Positions 26,035 through 40,193 of a stretch of 64,000 nt of DNA are shown one piece after another (positions within the stretch are counted from its first letter, which is position 1; the number at the start of each line of letters is the position of its first letter). The position numbers and the translations under genes were made by a program. Location of the stretch: contig CM022672.1 of assembly GCA_012295275.1 (NCBI GenBank), positions 9,734,001-9,798,000 on the forward strand, in the 5' to 3' direction. Source of the stretch: Chrysomallon squamiferum (lineage: Eukaryota > Animalia > Mollusca). Under the pieces are notes generated by a model. The model searched no databases, had not been told where the DNA came from, and was given only the letters and a program-made list of their open reading frames with translations.

Positions 26035-26633
26035 CTGAAAACACTGTAAAAATAACGAGCGAAATTAGCGCAATTTGACACAGCGGGTATGAAGTAACGA
26101 TGTTTAGCAATGTTTAACACCTGCAGTTCATGGATTCATTATCTTTACATAATGATGATAATTATGTTTATTATTATTGTTGTTGTTTTGATGTCGTCTT
26201 CTTCTCATCCTTATTATTATTATTATTATTATTATTATCATCAACATCATCATCATCATCATCATAAAATCTTACATAAATAACAAGAAGACGCAATGGT
26301 AATCATGTTAAAACTATTTACAGTTCTGTTACGAAACATTAAGAAGAATTTTTTTTTTTTTCTGCAATACTTTTCCGTAATGAAAACCGTATTTCTGAAA
26401 CTTTAGCAGTTTCTTTTCTTTTTTTCTTTTTTTTTCTTGTTGTTGTTATTGTATTTTTTTTTTTAAATTTATTAATTCAAGTAAGAATGTGTAAACAATG
26501 ATGATCTTAATTTACATAGGTGAAGGGGAAAAAACCCACAACAACAATAAAAAAAAAACCAATAACACAAACAACAGCAACAGTATCACCTTTTTTTTTT
26601 CATGCCACAAGCACGTGCGCGTTCGTAATTTTT

Positions 26634-26742
<109 letters not shown>

Positions 26743-27117
26743 AAAAATCTAATACGATTATTTTGTGTCACAGTAAAATGTATCAAACCAGTGAACTATA
26801 ACATAAAAAAAAAAAAAAAAATTCACAGAAACCTTACAGATAATTACTTTAAGAAAGTAAGTAAGTAAGTAAGTGAATAAATAAATAAATTTTAATATAT
26901 TTGCATCATATAATAACAGTTTTGAAATCTAATCCACGAAACATAAAATAGTCGAATATTATAATAACCACACCTAACCGCGCATACGATTTCTCGCAAA
27001 TTCATCTGACATTACACTACAGCAACGCTTTAAATCTTAATTCATGACAATCTCAATATATATATATAAAAAAAAAAAAATCACTTAAAAAGAAAACAGT
27101 AATAATATAATACATAC

Positions 27118-27312
27118 GTAATCTAGTAAGACATGTTTCACTGATTCAGTTATCTGGACGGTTTTCGGCATTAAGCGGTTGTTAACTGCTCTCCAGAATG
27201 TATAGTAGTACGCGCTCCCCGATTCCTTGAACGGCGAGCCAATTCCTGAAACTGGCAACTCTTTCCACATCATCATCAGCGCCAACGTAATAAGGCAATC
27301 ACCGGGATTCAT
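27118..27312 (-). CDS. Putative long-chain helical cytokine, coding exon 1 (signal peptide + helix A)
   Basis: ATG at 27312, downstream of acceptor tttctcttctgcag; MNPGDCLITLALMMMWKELPVSG-IGSPFKESGSAYYYTFWRAVNNRLMPKTVQITESVKHVLLDY|gtatgt; 195 nt, phase 0. Confidence 0.75.
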
Positions 27313-27392
27313 CGCAAAAGTCTGTTAGAACACTGCAGAAGAGAAATAAAATAAATAAATGTTGAAATAAGAGGCCAAAAAAACAAAAACAA

Positions 27393-27431
<39 letters not shown>

Positions 27432-27927
27432 AAAAGAAGAAGAAAAAACGTCCCGCTTCGACGGTAAAGATAAAACTAGATAACAGGAAATTTGGATCAT
27501 AGTGCAGAGCAATATTATACGACATCTTAAAATAGCTTCAAGGATAATAAGCGTTTTCTCCAACTGTTGTACTTGCATTGTTAGTTGTTCGCTGAATAAC
27601 GAAGAGGTTTGTTGAAGTGTAAATCGGGACTTACTGAAGGTACAGATAACTCTGGCAGTTGCCCCATGTCTTCAAATTATATCATTTGGGAGAAAATGTT
27701 AAAGTAATAAATAAAATAATTAAATAAATCAAAACACAATAAAATAAAGTAAAATAAAACAAAATACAATAAAGTAAAGTAAAATAAAAAAAAAAATAAA
27801 AAAAAAAAAAAAGTAAATTAAAATAAACAATACGTGAAAATTCCTTAACTGGAGAAATTGTGAAACAGAATTGAAAAAGGACACTTGCGTGTCGATATTA
27901 AAATGAGAGAGAGAGAGACTTTCTTTG

Positions 27928-27972
<45 letters not shown>

Positions 27973-28030
27973 ATTACAACTCGACTCTTTAAGTTTACAG
28001 TTAAATACAAATTAATACTGAAATACTCAC

Positions 28031-28140
28031 CTACGTCGTGTATACACAAGAGCTGCTTTGAAAATTAATTCTGATCTTTTACCACTTGTCTGAACGCATA
28101 GTTCCTTTTTATACCGTTTCTAACGAGGAAGAATTCCCAA
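28031..28140 (-). promoter_or_regulatory. Non-coding exon 1 (~28031-28083), TATA box and kB-like site of the cytokine-like gene
   Basis: Donor TAG|GTGAGT at 28030; TATAAAAA on the - strand at 28106-28113; GGGAATTCTTCC on the - strand at 28127-28138. Confidence 0.55.
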
Positions 28141-28431
28141 TAAAATACATTTAGTAATTTCACGAAACTACGAAATCTCTGACAATGTGGTTTTCCTAAA
28201 GTTATCTTTAGAACAAAAATTTCGGGGTTAGTCATGAAGAGGAGTGTGTTGAATCAAGCTGGCGATGTTAGATTAGTAGACTGCTATAATTAAATTCCGG
28301 ACGCAGATACAGGATGTGAAAAAAGATGGACTGTCTTGTGGAAGTAGCGGATGAGGGGGTGGTTCTGATGTATATTCTTTATCTTAGATAATCAGAGTGT
28401 AGTCTAACTCGGCTTAGGAAGTAAAAACTAA

Positions 28432-28434
<3 letters not shown>

Positions 28435-28471
<37 letters not shown>

Positions 28472-28570
28472 GTATTTCTCTCTCTCTCTCTCTCTCTCTG
28501 TATCTCTTTCTGTATTTCTTTATGTATCTCTCTCTCTATCTCTCTGTATATCTTTCTGTATTTCTTTATG

Positions 28571-28650
<80 letters not shown>

Positions 28651-28670
28651 CCTCCCTCCCTCCCTCCCTC
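28435..28670. repeat. Compound (CT)n / CT-rich microsatellite
   Basis: Interrupted TC runs ending in (CCCT)n. Confidence 0.9.
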
Positions 28671-29546
28671 TGGGTCCATTACACCCAGATGTTTCGAACT
28701 CTTCGACTTTTCACATATTAAGATACATAGGTATAGATAACGCTGAGGGAAAAAGCACCTGCAGATCGTAAACGTTTGCGGATTTGCATTAAGCTATCGA
28801 AGGATTTGATTTTTTGAGTTCAGAAGTCTGCGTATGGAGAACTGGCGAGAATGTGTACTGATAATCAAAACATTTGATTTCCTGGACACGTGTGTTTATC
28901 CACATACATACATACATACATACTGACGCACACGCAGACGCACACACTCATACGCATTATACATAGCGCAGATAGAAAATAAACGCACGTATGAGCTGTA
29001 CTGAATTAAGTACGTCGTAACCTGGCTAGTAATGTTTAATATCGTTGATGAATGACATCTATGAAATATCTTCCGTGTCGAAGTAAAATCCGGAAACTAA
29101 AGAAACAGCCGATTAAAAAACGTGTTCTGATTGGTTGGTGTAGTTTCCTTCCACTGCAGTTCTTGCTTATTAAAAACCACTTTGTATTGATTATGAGTCA
29201 CCGGTTAAATGTGAGGAAGCTGTTAGCAATGAAGTTAGAGAATTAAACGTAAAATACACGTTGTTCCGTATTTCTATTCCGTATTGGTCTATGATGCAAA
29301 AGACCAAGAGTATAAAAAGAAAAGAAGAACCAGACAGTATTATTTTTTTGTCTTCTTTGAAGCCACAAAGTCGTTTTATTTATCTTTTTAAAATCTTTTT
29401 ATTTCGCTTGTTTCTCTTTTTTCTTACTTTTATTTTTTTCTCTTTATTTTATTATTTCTTTTTTTTTTTTTTTTAGAATTTAATTTCTTTGTTTTGATTT
29501 TTGCTTTTTTTTATTATGTTTTCTTTTTTAATTATTATTACTTTTC

Positions 29547-29600
<54 letters not shown>

Positions 29601-31164
29601 TAAAGGCTGTGTATTACATGTGGTTTCCAATGTTTTACCTACATCAAGAAATAAAAATTAAATTAATAATAATGGCTGTGTGTGTGTGTGTGTGTGTGTT
29701 TTGTGTGTTTGTGTGCGCGCGCGCGTTTGTGTGTCACTCGAGTTGTGTGAATTGCAACAACAATGACCAAAAATCAGCTGCTTAACAATGATGTTTTGGG
29801 TTTCCATAAATAAAAATAGATAAATGTAACGTTATTATATCATCGTTACTGAAACCTTCACCCAAATGTATGTGATCAAAACCACTCCCTACTAATGTTT
29901 CTTAATCTCATCTTCAATTTATTTCGATATCAAGCGTTTCTTTCTTTCTTTCTTCTTCTTCTTTCCTTTACTTTTCTTTCTATTTTTCTTTCTTTTGTTT
30001 ACTCTCCTTTTTTATTTTTTTTTTTTATTTTTTTAAACTTCCTTCTTGTAACTGTCCTCACTTTGAAACTGTCAGTTAATATTTTCTTAACGATATATAA
30101 TAATTGTAATATCAGTTTCATTTTGTCGAATTTTTATAACTGGGCTTTATTTTGGGAGGGGGGTGGGGAGGGTGGTGGTATCAGTGTTTCTGTCTTCACA
30201 CACGTATAGCTAATGGTCTCATTTCGACATTATCATTTATTTATTATATTTATAATTAATAACAGTCTCATTTATTATTTTTTATTTTTTTTTTTTTTTT
30301 TGGCTCATAAACATTTTCCTCACCATCCTTCGCTTCATCCCGCCCCACACTGCTGCAGAAGATGATTTAGTGGCTTCATTTGACATTTTCAGCGTACGCA
30401 TTCCATTCCATTCCCAGTGTCAACACGCCTGGGTCTGGCGTCATTTCGGTGGGATCGTTTGTACAGAAACACGACACACTGCCTGCTGAAATGTTCAGTT
30501 GGTTACGCAGGTCCCGTCAGGGTTTTCTTTCGTCGCGATATAGAGTTCGATATGGAAAAGCGAAACTACAGGGGAGTGTTTTTCGTTTGACTTGAAAAAT
30601 GCTAATTTCGTGTTATGACAGCAGTTATAAAGATTCATGTGATGATGTTAATCATGGGGCGCGTGATGAGCATACGGGCGACAGTTTGATTGATGACGTT
30701 GTTTTCTCACGTGTTTAATTCTACGTAACGTGATGATAACGTGGCATGTTTGTTTTAAAAACACAGACACTCACACACACACACACACACACAACCTCCA
30801 CCACTGAAAAAACAAAAACAGCATGCAATTTGAATAATTATGTATGGGTTATTTTATTTTCCCCCCGCGTTGTAAAATTATTTCCTGTTAATAAGCAGAT
30901 TTCTCGAGAATATTTCATTCACAGTTTTAACATTTTGCCAGGTTTATATTCAGCTTTTTTTCTTCAACGTTCTAGTCGCGTAAACTGGTAATTTATAGGA
31001 AATGAAAGGCGAGAGAAAAAAGGTCACGGTGACTTCGAAAAATCTGCTTGTGAAAAATAGAAAAACAGTTACTCTGACCCTCCAGTAGCTGTGCACACTT
31101 CTAGAGTTTAGAGTGTTCTAGGTTATAGCAATGGCTCCTCTGTTTTCCCAAGGATGTCGGAAAA

Positions 31165-31199
<35 letters not shown>

Positions 31200-31230
31200 A
31201 TAATAAAAAAAAAAAAAAAAAAAAAAATAA

Positions 31231-31269
<39 letters not shown>

Positions 31270-31279
31270 AACCCATCAA

Positions 31280-31327
<48 letters not shown>

Positions 31328-31714
31328 AGAGGAAGGGCGCACTAATTATAGTTCATGCATATAATCTATAATATTTATTTCATAACAATGAAAGCTATAG
31401 CCCTGTATATATTATTATAACAACAACAACAATAGTCATAATAATAATAATAATAATAATCATAAATTACATATAGTGGCTTCACTTACCTTTGATGAAG
31501 AAAAGTCATGCAAAAATAATATATAAATTAAATTTAATAAAATAGTAATGATGTATTTGTATAAATAAAAATGTTTAGGGGTGCGGACTTCAATATTTTT
31601 GGTTGTTCTTTTATCATCATGACTGCGACAGCAAAATCAACAAGATCCAAAAGCATAAAAATAAAAAAAAAAAAATAAATAAATGATAATAATAGCAGCC
31701 AGAACAACAATAAG

Positions 31715-31763
<49 letters not shown>

Positions 31764-32029
31764 TCCACGAAAACAAAAACAACAAGCACAATCCTAATAG
31801 TATATAATGTATATTAGTGGCGTGTTTCTGAAGCTACGATCGAAAACTGCACCAGAAAAACCAGTGTCAAGTTATGTTGCTTATCTGACATCCTGCTTGT
31901 TTTCATTTCAGCTTTTAACAAGATGCAGACACACTCGCTGATATGATCAGTTACAATGTCTTCTCTTGTGACACTCGACTCTTTTAAATTTACAATAATA
32001 TCGCGTGATGAGTAAATTATGGTCGAGAA

Positions 32030-32165
32030 GTACAGAGATATTCAGACAGCAAATTCTCTGCTGCCACATGGGTTACACTTTTGTATTAGCAGCAAGAATC
32101 TTCTGTGTGATCCTTTGCAAAGAAAGAAAAGCACAAAGTTATGTGTATTCTTGATAAACCAGATG
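32030..32165 (-). mobile_element. Degenerate SINE-like fragment
   Basis: CTGCTGCCACATGGGTTACACTTTTGTATTAGCAGCAAG matches in reverse complement the CTTGCTGCTAAT..AAAAGA core seen at ~53295 and ~59206; recalled as a common gastropod SINE core. Confidence 0.45.
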
Positions 32166-33972
32166 CTATTCACTAAAACGTTTACATATTTGTAAACAAT
32201 TACTACTATCCTCAATTTTCACATTTTTCACATCGAGACTTTCATTTATATTCACATTTTTAACTGTTTACCATAGACAACTGTTTAATCTAAAAAAAAA
32301 TGTAAACAGTTAAGACCATCCTTAATATTCACGTTTTTAACAATCAAGGATCTCCTCGGTGTTCCCGTTTTCAACATTTTAGGAAATTCCTGAGATTCAC
32401 ATTTTCAACATTCAACAATCTCCATAAGAGCACATTTGAACAAAGTGACAACTAAAAACAGTAAAACTTTGTGAAATTTTATTTTCTGCTTTGTATTACT
32501 CATGAATTAGCTAATGTACATGTTTACATTATTTTTGTTAAAACAAGTGACACAACACATGAAACTGCCGCTTCTAAAATTTGTAATCAAGATCATTTGA
32601 ATCTGAAAAACACTCATTTATTTATGGAATATACAATTAAATTTGTTGAATCTAAAATAAAAAAGGTTATAAATATCTTTGCAGTACTCTGCTTATTCTT
32701 TTCATCATTATCATTATATTTTTTGTTGTTGTTGTTATTAGCAGTAGTAGGTGCAGTATTAGTAATATTTTTGTTATTATTATTGTCAAAGTAATTTTTA
32801 AAAATTAATTGAAATTTAAATTTATTGTCAAATTAATAAACAAATTTAAAAGTCACCTTTGATAAAACAATAATAAATTAAAAATATTTTCAATATCTTT
32901 TCTAATAAATGTCAACAACATTTGTTTCTTTAATGCAAAAGTCAATAAACAATTTTTACCTTAAGATTACGCTTCAGTTGTGCAAAGATTAATATTATCT
33001 TCTGGAATGCATCAATACTTGCCCTAGGTTTTATATATTTAAAAAACAACAAAGCAGCCCAAAACCTTGAAACAAATTGTGGCCAAAGCAATATTTGATT
33101 ATGTATGATATTACCGGTATAGATATTAAACAAAATCATTTTAATTTGTGACAATAACAAAAAGCTAAAATTGCTGTTTATATGATTATATAAAATTATT
33201 GTAAGGAAATATATACATCCATTTTAGTTTTTTTAAACTGTCTTTAAACATATTATATATATATATAGGTATAATTGTGTTAATACAAAAACATTAAGAT
33301 ATTTGTTAACTGTGCTGAAGTAAGGAAACCTGTGACAGTGAAAGTAAAATGGAATCTAATTAATATATTTATTTAAAATGTTTAACAGTGTAAGTATAGG
33401 ACATTTTTGATTCCATCTGTAATGTTTGACTGTAAAACTGTTTAATGTTGTTCAGGTTTAAAATCTATGATATAATGCTTTTAAACTGTTAAACAAAATT
33501 GTATAGGCACTGGTAGCTTAATACAAAAAGATTAAAACTTTTTTTTTTTCAAACATAAATTTCTATGCAATAAAAACAAATTAAAATCAAAACATGTAGA
33601 AAGACAAAATATATTCAGTAAATAGTTTCAAGTTAAAAAAACAAACTCAACAATTTCTAAAAAGTTATCAGAAATTTAACTACATAATTGTTATAAAATA
33701 AAATTTAAAAAAATAAATAACTTAAAATAATAATATTGCACTTCAGAAATTGTGTGTTTCACAAGTGGACAAAAATATTATTTAAAAACGTGTATAACTT
33801 AAGTCAGCGTATTTAACAGTGTAATAATGTGTTTGATCCTGCACAGTGGTTCACAGACAAAGTCACAATACTTACTTTTATAGTATCACTGTAGAAATAA
33901 GTTTTATAAATACAAAAACAGGCTATATAAATAAATTCATGCATCACTTAATGTTCTAGATACTTTCTTGGA

Positions 33973-34039
<67 letters not shown>

Positions 34040-34875
34040 TTAAAAAGAGAATAAAAAAAACAACTTGGAAGTAAATGCAAATTCTATCTAAATGTTGAAC
34101 TGTTTTTTTGATTCACCACTAAATATATTTTACAGCAAATCAAACAAGAACAAAAGAAATCTTAACTATTATTAATGTTTTGTTCACAGAGTATTTTATT
34201 GTTGTTTTTGTTATTTTAAATACATTTTAAATTATTTATTCAGTGTTTAACATTTACTTATTTCAGTATAAGTATTTTCTTATTCTGTGTAAATAAATCT
34301 AGTACATAACAGTTGTTTTTAATTCTCATTTTTATGTTAGAAGTAAGAGACAACATTAATAATATTTTCAAAATATGATAAATAATGTGTATAAACACTT
34401 TCTGTATATATCCACACTTTGTTTCAACTGTTACTGATACTCAGACTTTGCTAATAATAAATTTTAAAAATAAAATAAGTTGATAAGGCCCATATATTAG
34501 CTTTTACTGTGACATCATTTTATACATAAAAATGTAAAAATTAGTAAAAAGGACATAGTAAAAATTAATTTAGACCTTTTTTTTTCACCTTTCTTTTGTA
34601 GATTACAAAAGGTAAATTTTTAATAAATGGTGTGATTAAAATTGAAAATATATATAACTGAAGCATAAAAAAACCCTCCAAAATAGCAGAAGCATAAAGT
34701 CAATATTGCTGTAACAAACTAATAAATCTATTTAAAAAAATAGTAAAGAAATGAGATTAAACTGACTAATATATAAAGTGGAATGCAATAAAATTATTTA
34801 ATCTCTATACACACAAAGTAAATAATAATAAAATATGAAAAGCATTAAATTAAAATGTAAATTAATTGTTATATT

Positions 34876-34907
<32 letters not shown>

Positions 34908-35409
34908 TGTATGTATAACAGGGTTTCTTAAAATCCAAGAATTTAGAAAACTAATGCACTGTCCTGAATCCTACTCAGTGAATGTGTTTTTGTGCATACA
35001 TATGTGTGTAAAACTTCATATATCATATATTTGTAAACATATTTAATTATGCCCCTCATTTTAAAAATTTTAGTTCCAAAAAAAATTAGAATATGGAATA
35101 TCCAAATATTCTTAATATTATTACAACTGCTTCTGCTTGAAAGGAATAATGTGATTTTATTCTTACAACTGTGAAAACAACACAAAGATATGTGAACACA
35201 GAAATTGAGTCATTGACAATGAACACAGAATACTACATAAAAGTATGTAGACAATGTACCTTGAATAAAACTTGCATATAATAATATTTATCTTTTTTTT
35301 ATAGTCTGATGTTAGAATACTGTAGAATACTACAATACACAGATTAACACTAATATTAATATGTTAGTGACATAATCTAGTCTAAAAACAATTGAACATT
35401 AATAGATGT

Positions 35410-35444
<35 letters not shown>

Positions 35445-38400
35445 TTAAATGTATTTGTATATGTATGAGTAATACAAAAAACATATACATACATACATAC
35501 AAATGATGATTCTTGTTTTATTTTAAAACCTAATATTTCTGAAATGTAAGGCTGTAGGTAAGTATTAGCTAACATTAGACATGGACACACATCAAACTGT
35601 TTAGTAATACGTTTATGTTTTTTACCCATTCTAAATGTACACAGGAATAATGACAAAACACGACATCAACCACTTGTTATTACGTTTTAAATTTTACACA
35701 ATATTATGTCTGTGAGCTTAATAATAGCCTCACTAAAAAAGCAAAAAAAAAAGAAGCAACAAACAAATAAAAACAACAACAACAACCCTACCCTCCAAAA
35801 AACCCTCACATTATTATATGAGACTGAAATCTAAACATCCAGGTGGTACAAAATGTTATCATAATACAACTTAAAACAAGTTGCAGTAATTTAAAAAAAA
35901 AAAAAAAATCAATATATACATAAATAGAGTCTAAAAGGAACCTCACCCCCAAAAGCACAAAAAATCCCCATTTTATGCCATTCAAGATAAAAAGATATTT
36001 TATATACACAAAAAACCCAAAGCATTATAAAAAATCTGGATGAAGTTAAGTCACTACATTTTGGTTTGAATAGCACTGATAGACAAAAGAATTTTAAAAC
36101 GCTTTTTAAAAATGTAAACAACAGATTTCAAATACAAATATTTACATTTCATCTATGCATAGAATAACAGAAAACCATTAGAGGTAGGCTGCATTATTTT
36201 AGTTTTCCAAGACACATAAGTAATAAACATTTTTCAAAAATTAAAGTATTTTTACCTTGTCTTTGCATTTACTAGTAAATCTCAGCTTTAAATCTATTCC
36301 TAACACTTCCACTTTCATTCCTACTTAGTCAATTTGAAACAAACTGCAATTGTAGTTTTATCATGTTGCTTGTACAATAGTCATATTTTAAAACGATTGG
36401 TGAGATCTTAATGCTTTTAACAAAATGTAAAATGTTAAGAAATAAACCAGACAACTCTTATTTTTCTTTTCTTCCTTAAAGATAAAGGTGAAACCTTCGG
36501 ACAGTAACCAGTTATTTCTTCCATCTTGCAGTTACTACTCTCAAGTGTATGAGATTCATGATTTCATTGTCACAAAACCTTGAAACAAAATGATTAAAAA
36601 AACAACAGTTTATTAGTTATTTTTGTGTGTGTGCGTGTGCGTGTTTGTGTATGCATTCAAAAATACATCTGATATAATGTTATAGATTTGTAAGTAGAAA
36701 TAGTTTTGTGACCAAAGATAATATATATGTATATATATGTTTCAAGTTTATCTGTAATATATCGAAGATGTAAACAACTTTATCTGAAATAGCACTTAAT
36801 GTAGAATTTTCATTAAATAAAACCAGATTTTAATGTATTTTTGTATCTTTTAAATTCATGATTATTTATTATTATAAATATATGTAAACCATGAAAAAAA
36901 AAGCAAAAAAAAAAGGAAAGAAAAAATAACATTCTGTAGTTAAAAAAACAAAAACAAAAACAAATTAAAATATATGTGAAAACAAAAAAATTGTATTTAC
37001 AACTGTACAGACATTTAAAACTTAAGACATATGTGTAAGTGGATTAAGAAAACATCCTTGGATTTTAAAAATTGACAAAAAAATAAAATTGAAAATATTA
37101 CTGAGATTGCACAGAACTGACTTGAGGAATTATGGAGCCTCATTTTGATCACAGATGTAAACAGGTATGTGATTATACTGGAATAACATACAGGTTAACA
37201 GAATTTAAAATCACAATGAAATAATAAAACATTGAAGTGAAGATTATAGGAATTAATAAAAAGGTGAAGAAAGAAAAACAAATGGAAAAGAATCTAAGAT
37301 GATATATGGAATGTGAAAGCAATCAAGACATAGTGAATTATCAAACTATCTATGCAGAAGGATCTATAAAAATAAAAAACTATCAGGGTAAAAAGAATGA
37401 TTAAAAATGGCTACCTCTAGTTTTACACAAAGGTTAAAAAAATAATCATCCAAAACAACAACAGAAACAAAAATATAACCAAATGCAATGAATACCCAAA
37501 TACTTTAATCTATCTAAATATACAGGCATTAATGTAAGAAAAAACATCAGAATGAAAAAAAGAAAAGTTATCAAAATGACTTTACCAGTCTTATCATAAA
37601 AGGATTAATAATGGGGCCGGGGGAAGCAAAAAAACATGATGATATAGGAATGATTAAAGAACTTCTACCTGTCATAAAATATTCTTGTGTGGTAAAATAA
37701 TCACATGAAAATATTAAGGAATAACAAAATGACTTTACCAAGTGTGGTGGTGAATGTGGTTACAACAGTGGATCTGTATTACATCACTTATTCGTAAAAG
37801 CAAATACACAGATTTATTCATTTTGAAAAAAAAAAAAAAGTCTTATCTTTACTAAATGTTTATAGATACAGTAGACAGTATCACCACTTTATATAAATCT
37901 AACACCATCACACTTTTAATTTAACTGTTCTTAGGAAGTTATTCTTCTGCCATCAGTAATAATTTAAAATAATAATAATAATAATAATAACAATAAAAGA
38001 GAAAACAAAAAGACAGGATGGGAGGGACTTTTATATGCAGAAGCAGAAATGATGGCAATATATATATGTGTATGTGTGTTTGAATGGCATGTGTGCATTT
38101 GTAAGTGTTTCTGTGTGTGTATATGTGTATGTGAGTGTTTGTTTATGTATTTATTTAAGTGTTTAACTGTTTGCACTGCTTAGTTCTTTAGATGTAAAAG
38201 GATGATCAGAATGTTTTTCCCTACAATTATTTATGTTGGGTGAAGATATATATATATATATATATATCTTCACATGTTATCATGAAATTAAGAAATATCA
38301 AAAGATAGATGTGTCTTTTCATGAACAGTTGTCTTGTTTTTTTTACAGACAAATGTCTGCCAATGATTCCAATATCAGTTACATATAGCAATGTCAGAGA

Positions 38401-38609
38401 TCTGTGAAAAAGACAGTGCTAATGTAAAGGTTCAAGTAACATAATGGCACCTATTATTATTATTTTTTTTGTTATATATTTTTTTGTAACATGAATGAAG
38501 AAACTTAGAAACATTTGTAATATTTTTACCAAGAGATAACTTCATAGTGTTATTAAAAATAAAAAAAAAATAAATAAATAAATAAACAATAATAATAATA
38601 ATGAAAATA

Positions 38610-38652
<43 letters not shown>

Positions 38653-39122
38653 TTGATTATAATTTTGCAATTGTGTGCTTGTGTGTTTGTATATATGTGT
38701 ATGTGTTTATGTCTGTAGTACTTAGTTTATATCTGTATGTATTCAGGTATGTATGTATGTATGTATGTATGTATATATGTGAGTTAATTATGTATCTATG
38801 TACTTATGTATGTATTATATAAATAACACTGCTAGTTGTCTGTGTATGGGATATAAAAAGAAATAACATGACAATCAGTCTTGGACATGTATGAAGATGC
38901 CCCATACTCAAAAACACATTAAAAACAGAAATACATATAAAAGTTAAGATGTACTGAGTGTCAGAAAAATTAGTAACTTGTGTTGCATGTCATTATAACC
39001 TGCATAGGATAGCATCATAACCTATGTCTATCATCAAAAAATGATAACCAGAGATCTAGTTTTCAGACATGCATTATCACATTTATCTAACGTTTTCTAA
39101 ATACAAGTATTTAACATGTTAA

Positions 39123-39156
<34 letters not shown>

Positions 39157-39169
39157 ATGTATATATATA

Positions 39170-39201
<32 letters not shown>

Positions 39202-40193
39202 CACATACATACATACATACATACACATATATATATATACATAACATTCTATGGCAAGATCTTGTTATCCATATAGAGGTTCTGTGTAAAATATTCTATC
39301 TAAATGCCAAGTGAAATTAAGCCTATCTATCTAACACAGAACAATCTTTCTGTTATACAACATTTGTTTGTTTGTATTTGTTGAATAAAACAGCTGCATT
39401 CTAAATGCTAGTGAAATTATATCACCAAAAGTAGGTCTGCTCTCTGAGATACAAAATACAAATGCTGATATATATAACTATATATTTTAAATTCTAAGTT
39501 AAACCATTCACTTTATGCAAATATATTATTTAGTTATTTTGAAGTCATTCATTTATATTTGTTATTAGACATAATTATGGCCTTACAGGGGAAAAAAAAA
39601 AAAAAAAAAAATCAACAAAAGTCTCTTTAGTTGCACACACATATTGGCACAATACTGTTAAATATGTTAACAGCTAAAGAAAAACAATTTAAATTTGTAA
39701 ATGATAATAAAAAGATTACTAAAGTAATAATATAAAAATATTCACTGGGTGGTAAATGAATGCTTATTTCTGACTAGAAATCTAGAAATTTCTAAAATCA
39801 TCAGAGTAGTGTGCATGTGGTTTACTTTTTAAAATCTAACATAAAATATGTGTGGTCTCTGGTCTTATATAATATTTTTATTTGACAATTACAAGTACCA
39901 ATCTAATTTTTGCTTTACAATTACAAGTATCAATCTAATTTTTACGTTACAATAACAATCTGTCACAAATAATTTAACATTAATTTCTGGTCTAATTTGA
40001 TTTATCTTCAGAACACCTTTCTTTCTTATTATATTTCATTTACCCTATAAAACAAATCTTTCAAAACACTTTTCTGAACACAAACATTTTCCTCTATCTT
40101 TTAAAAGAAACAACCTCTGTCCAAATCTGTTATACCTCACAATACAGCATGAACATAAAAAAAAAAAAAAAAAAAAAATCCAACTTCAAACTT

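Noticed and set aside
31483-31510. Isolated strong - strand donor AAG|GTAAGT
   Set aside because: No matching acceptor, ORF or promoter identified; it could be an alternative 5' exon but is unsupported.
38240-38272. Palindrome GTGAAGA(TA)nTCTTCAC
   Set aside because: Short stem around a self-complementary (TA)n run; no evidence for function.
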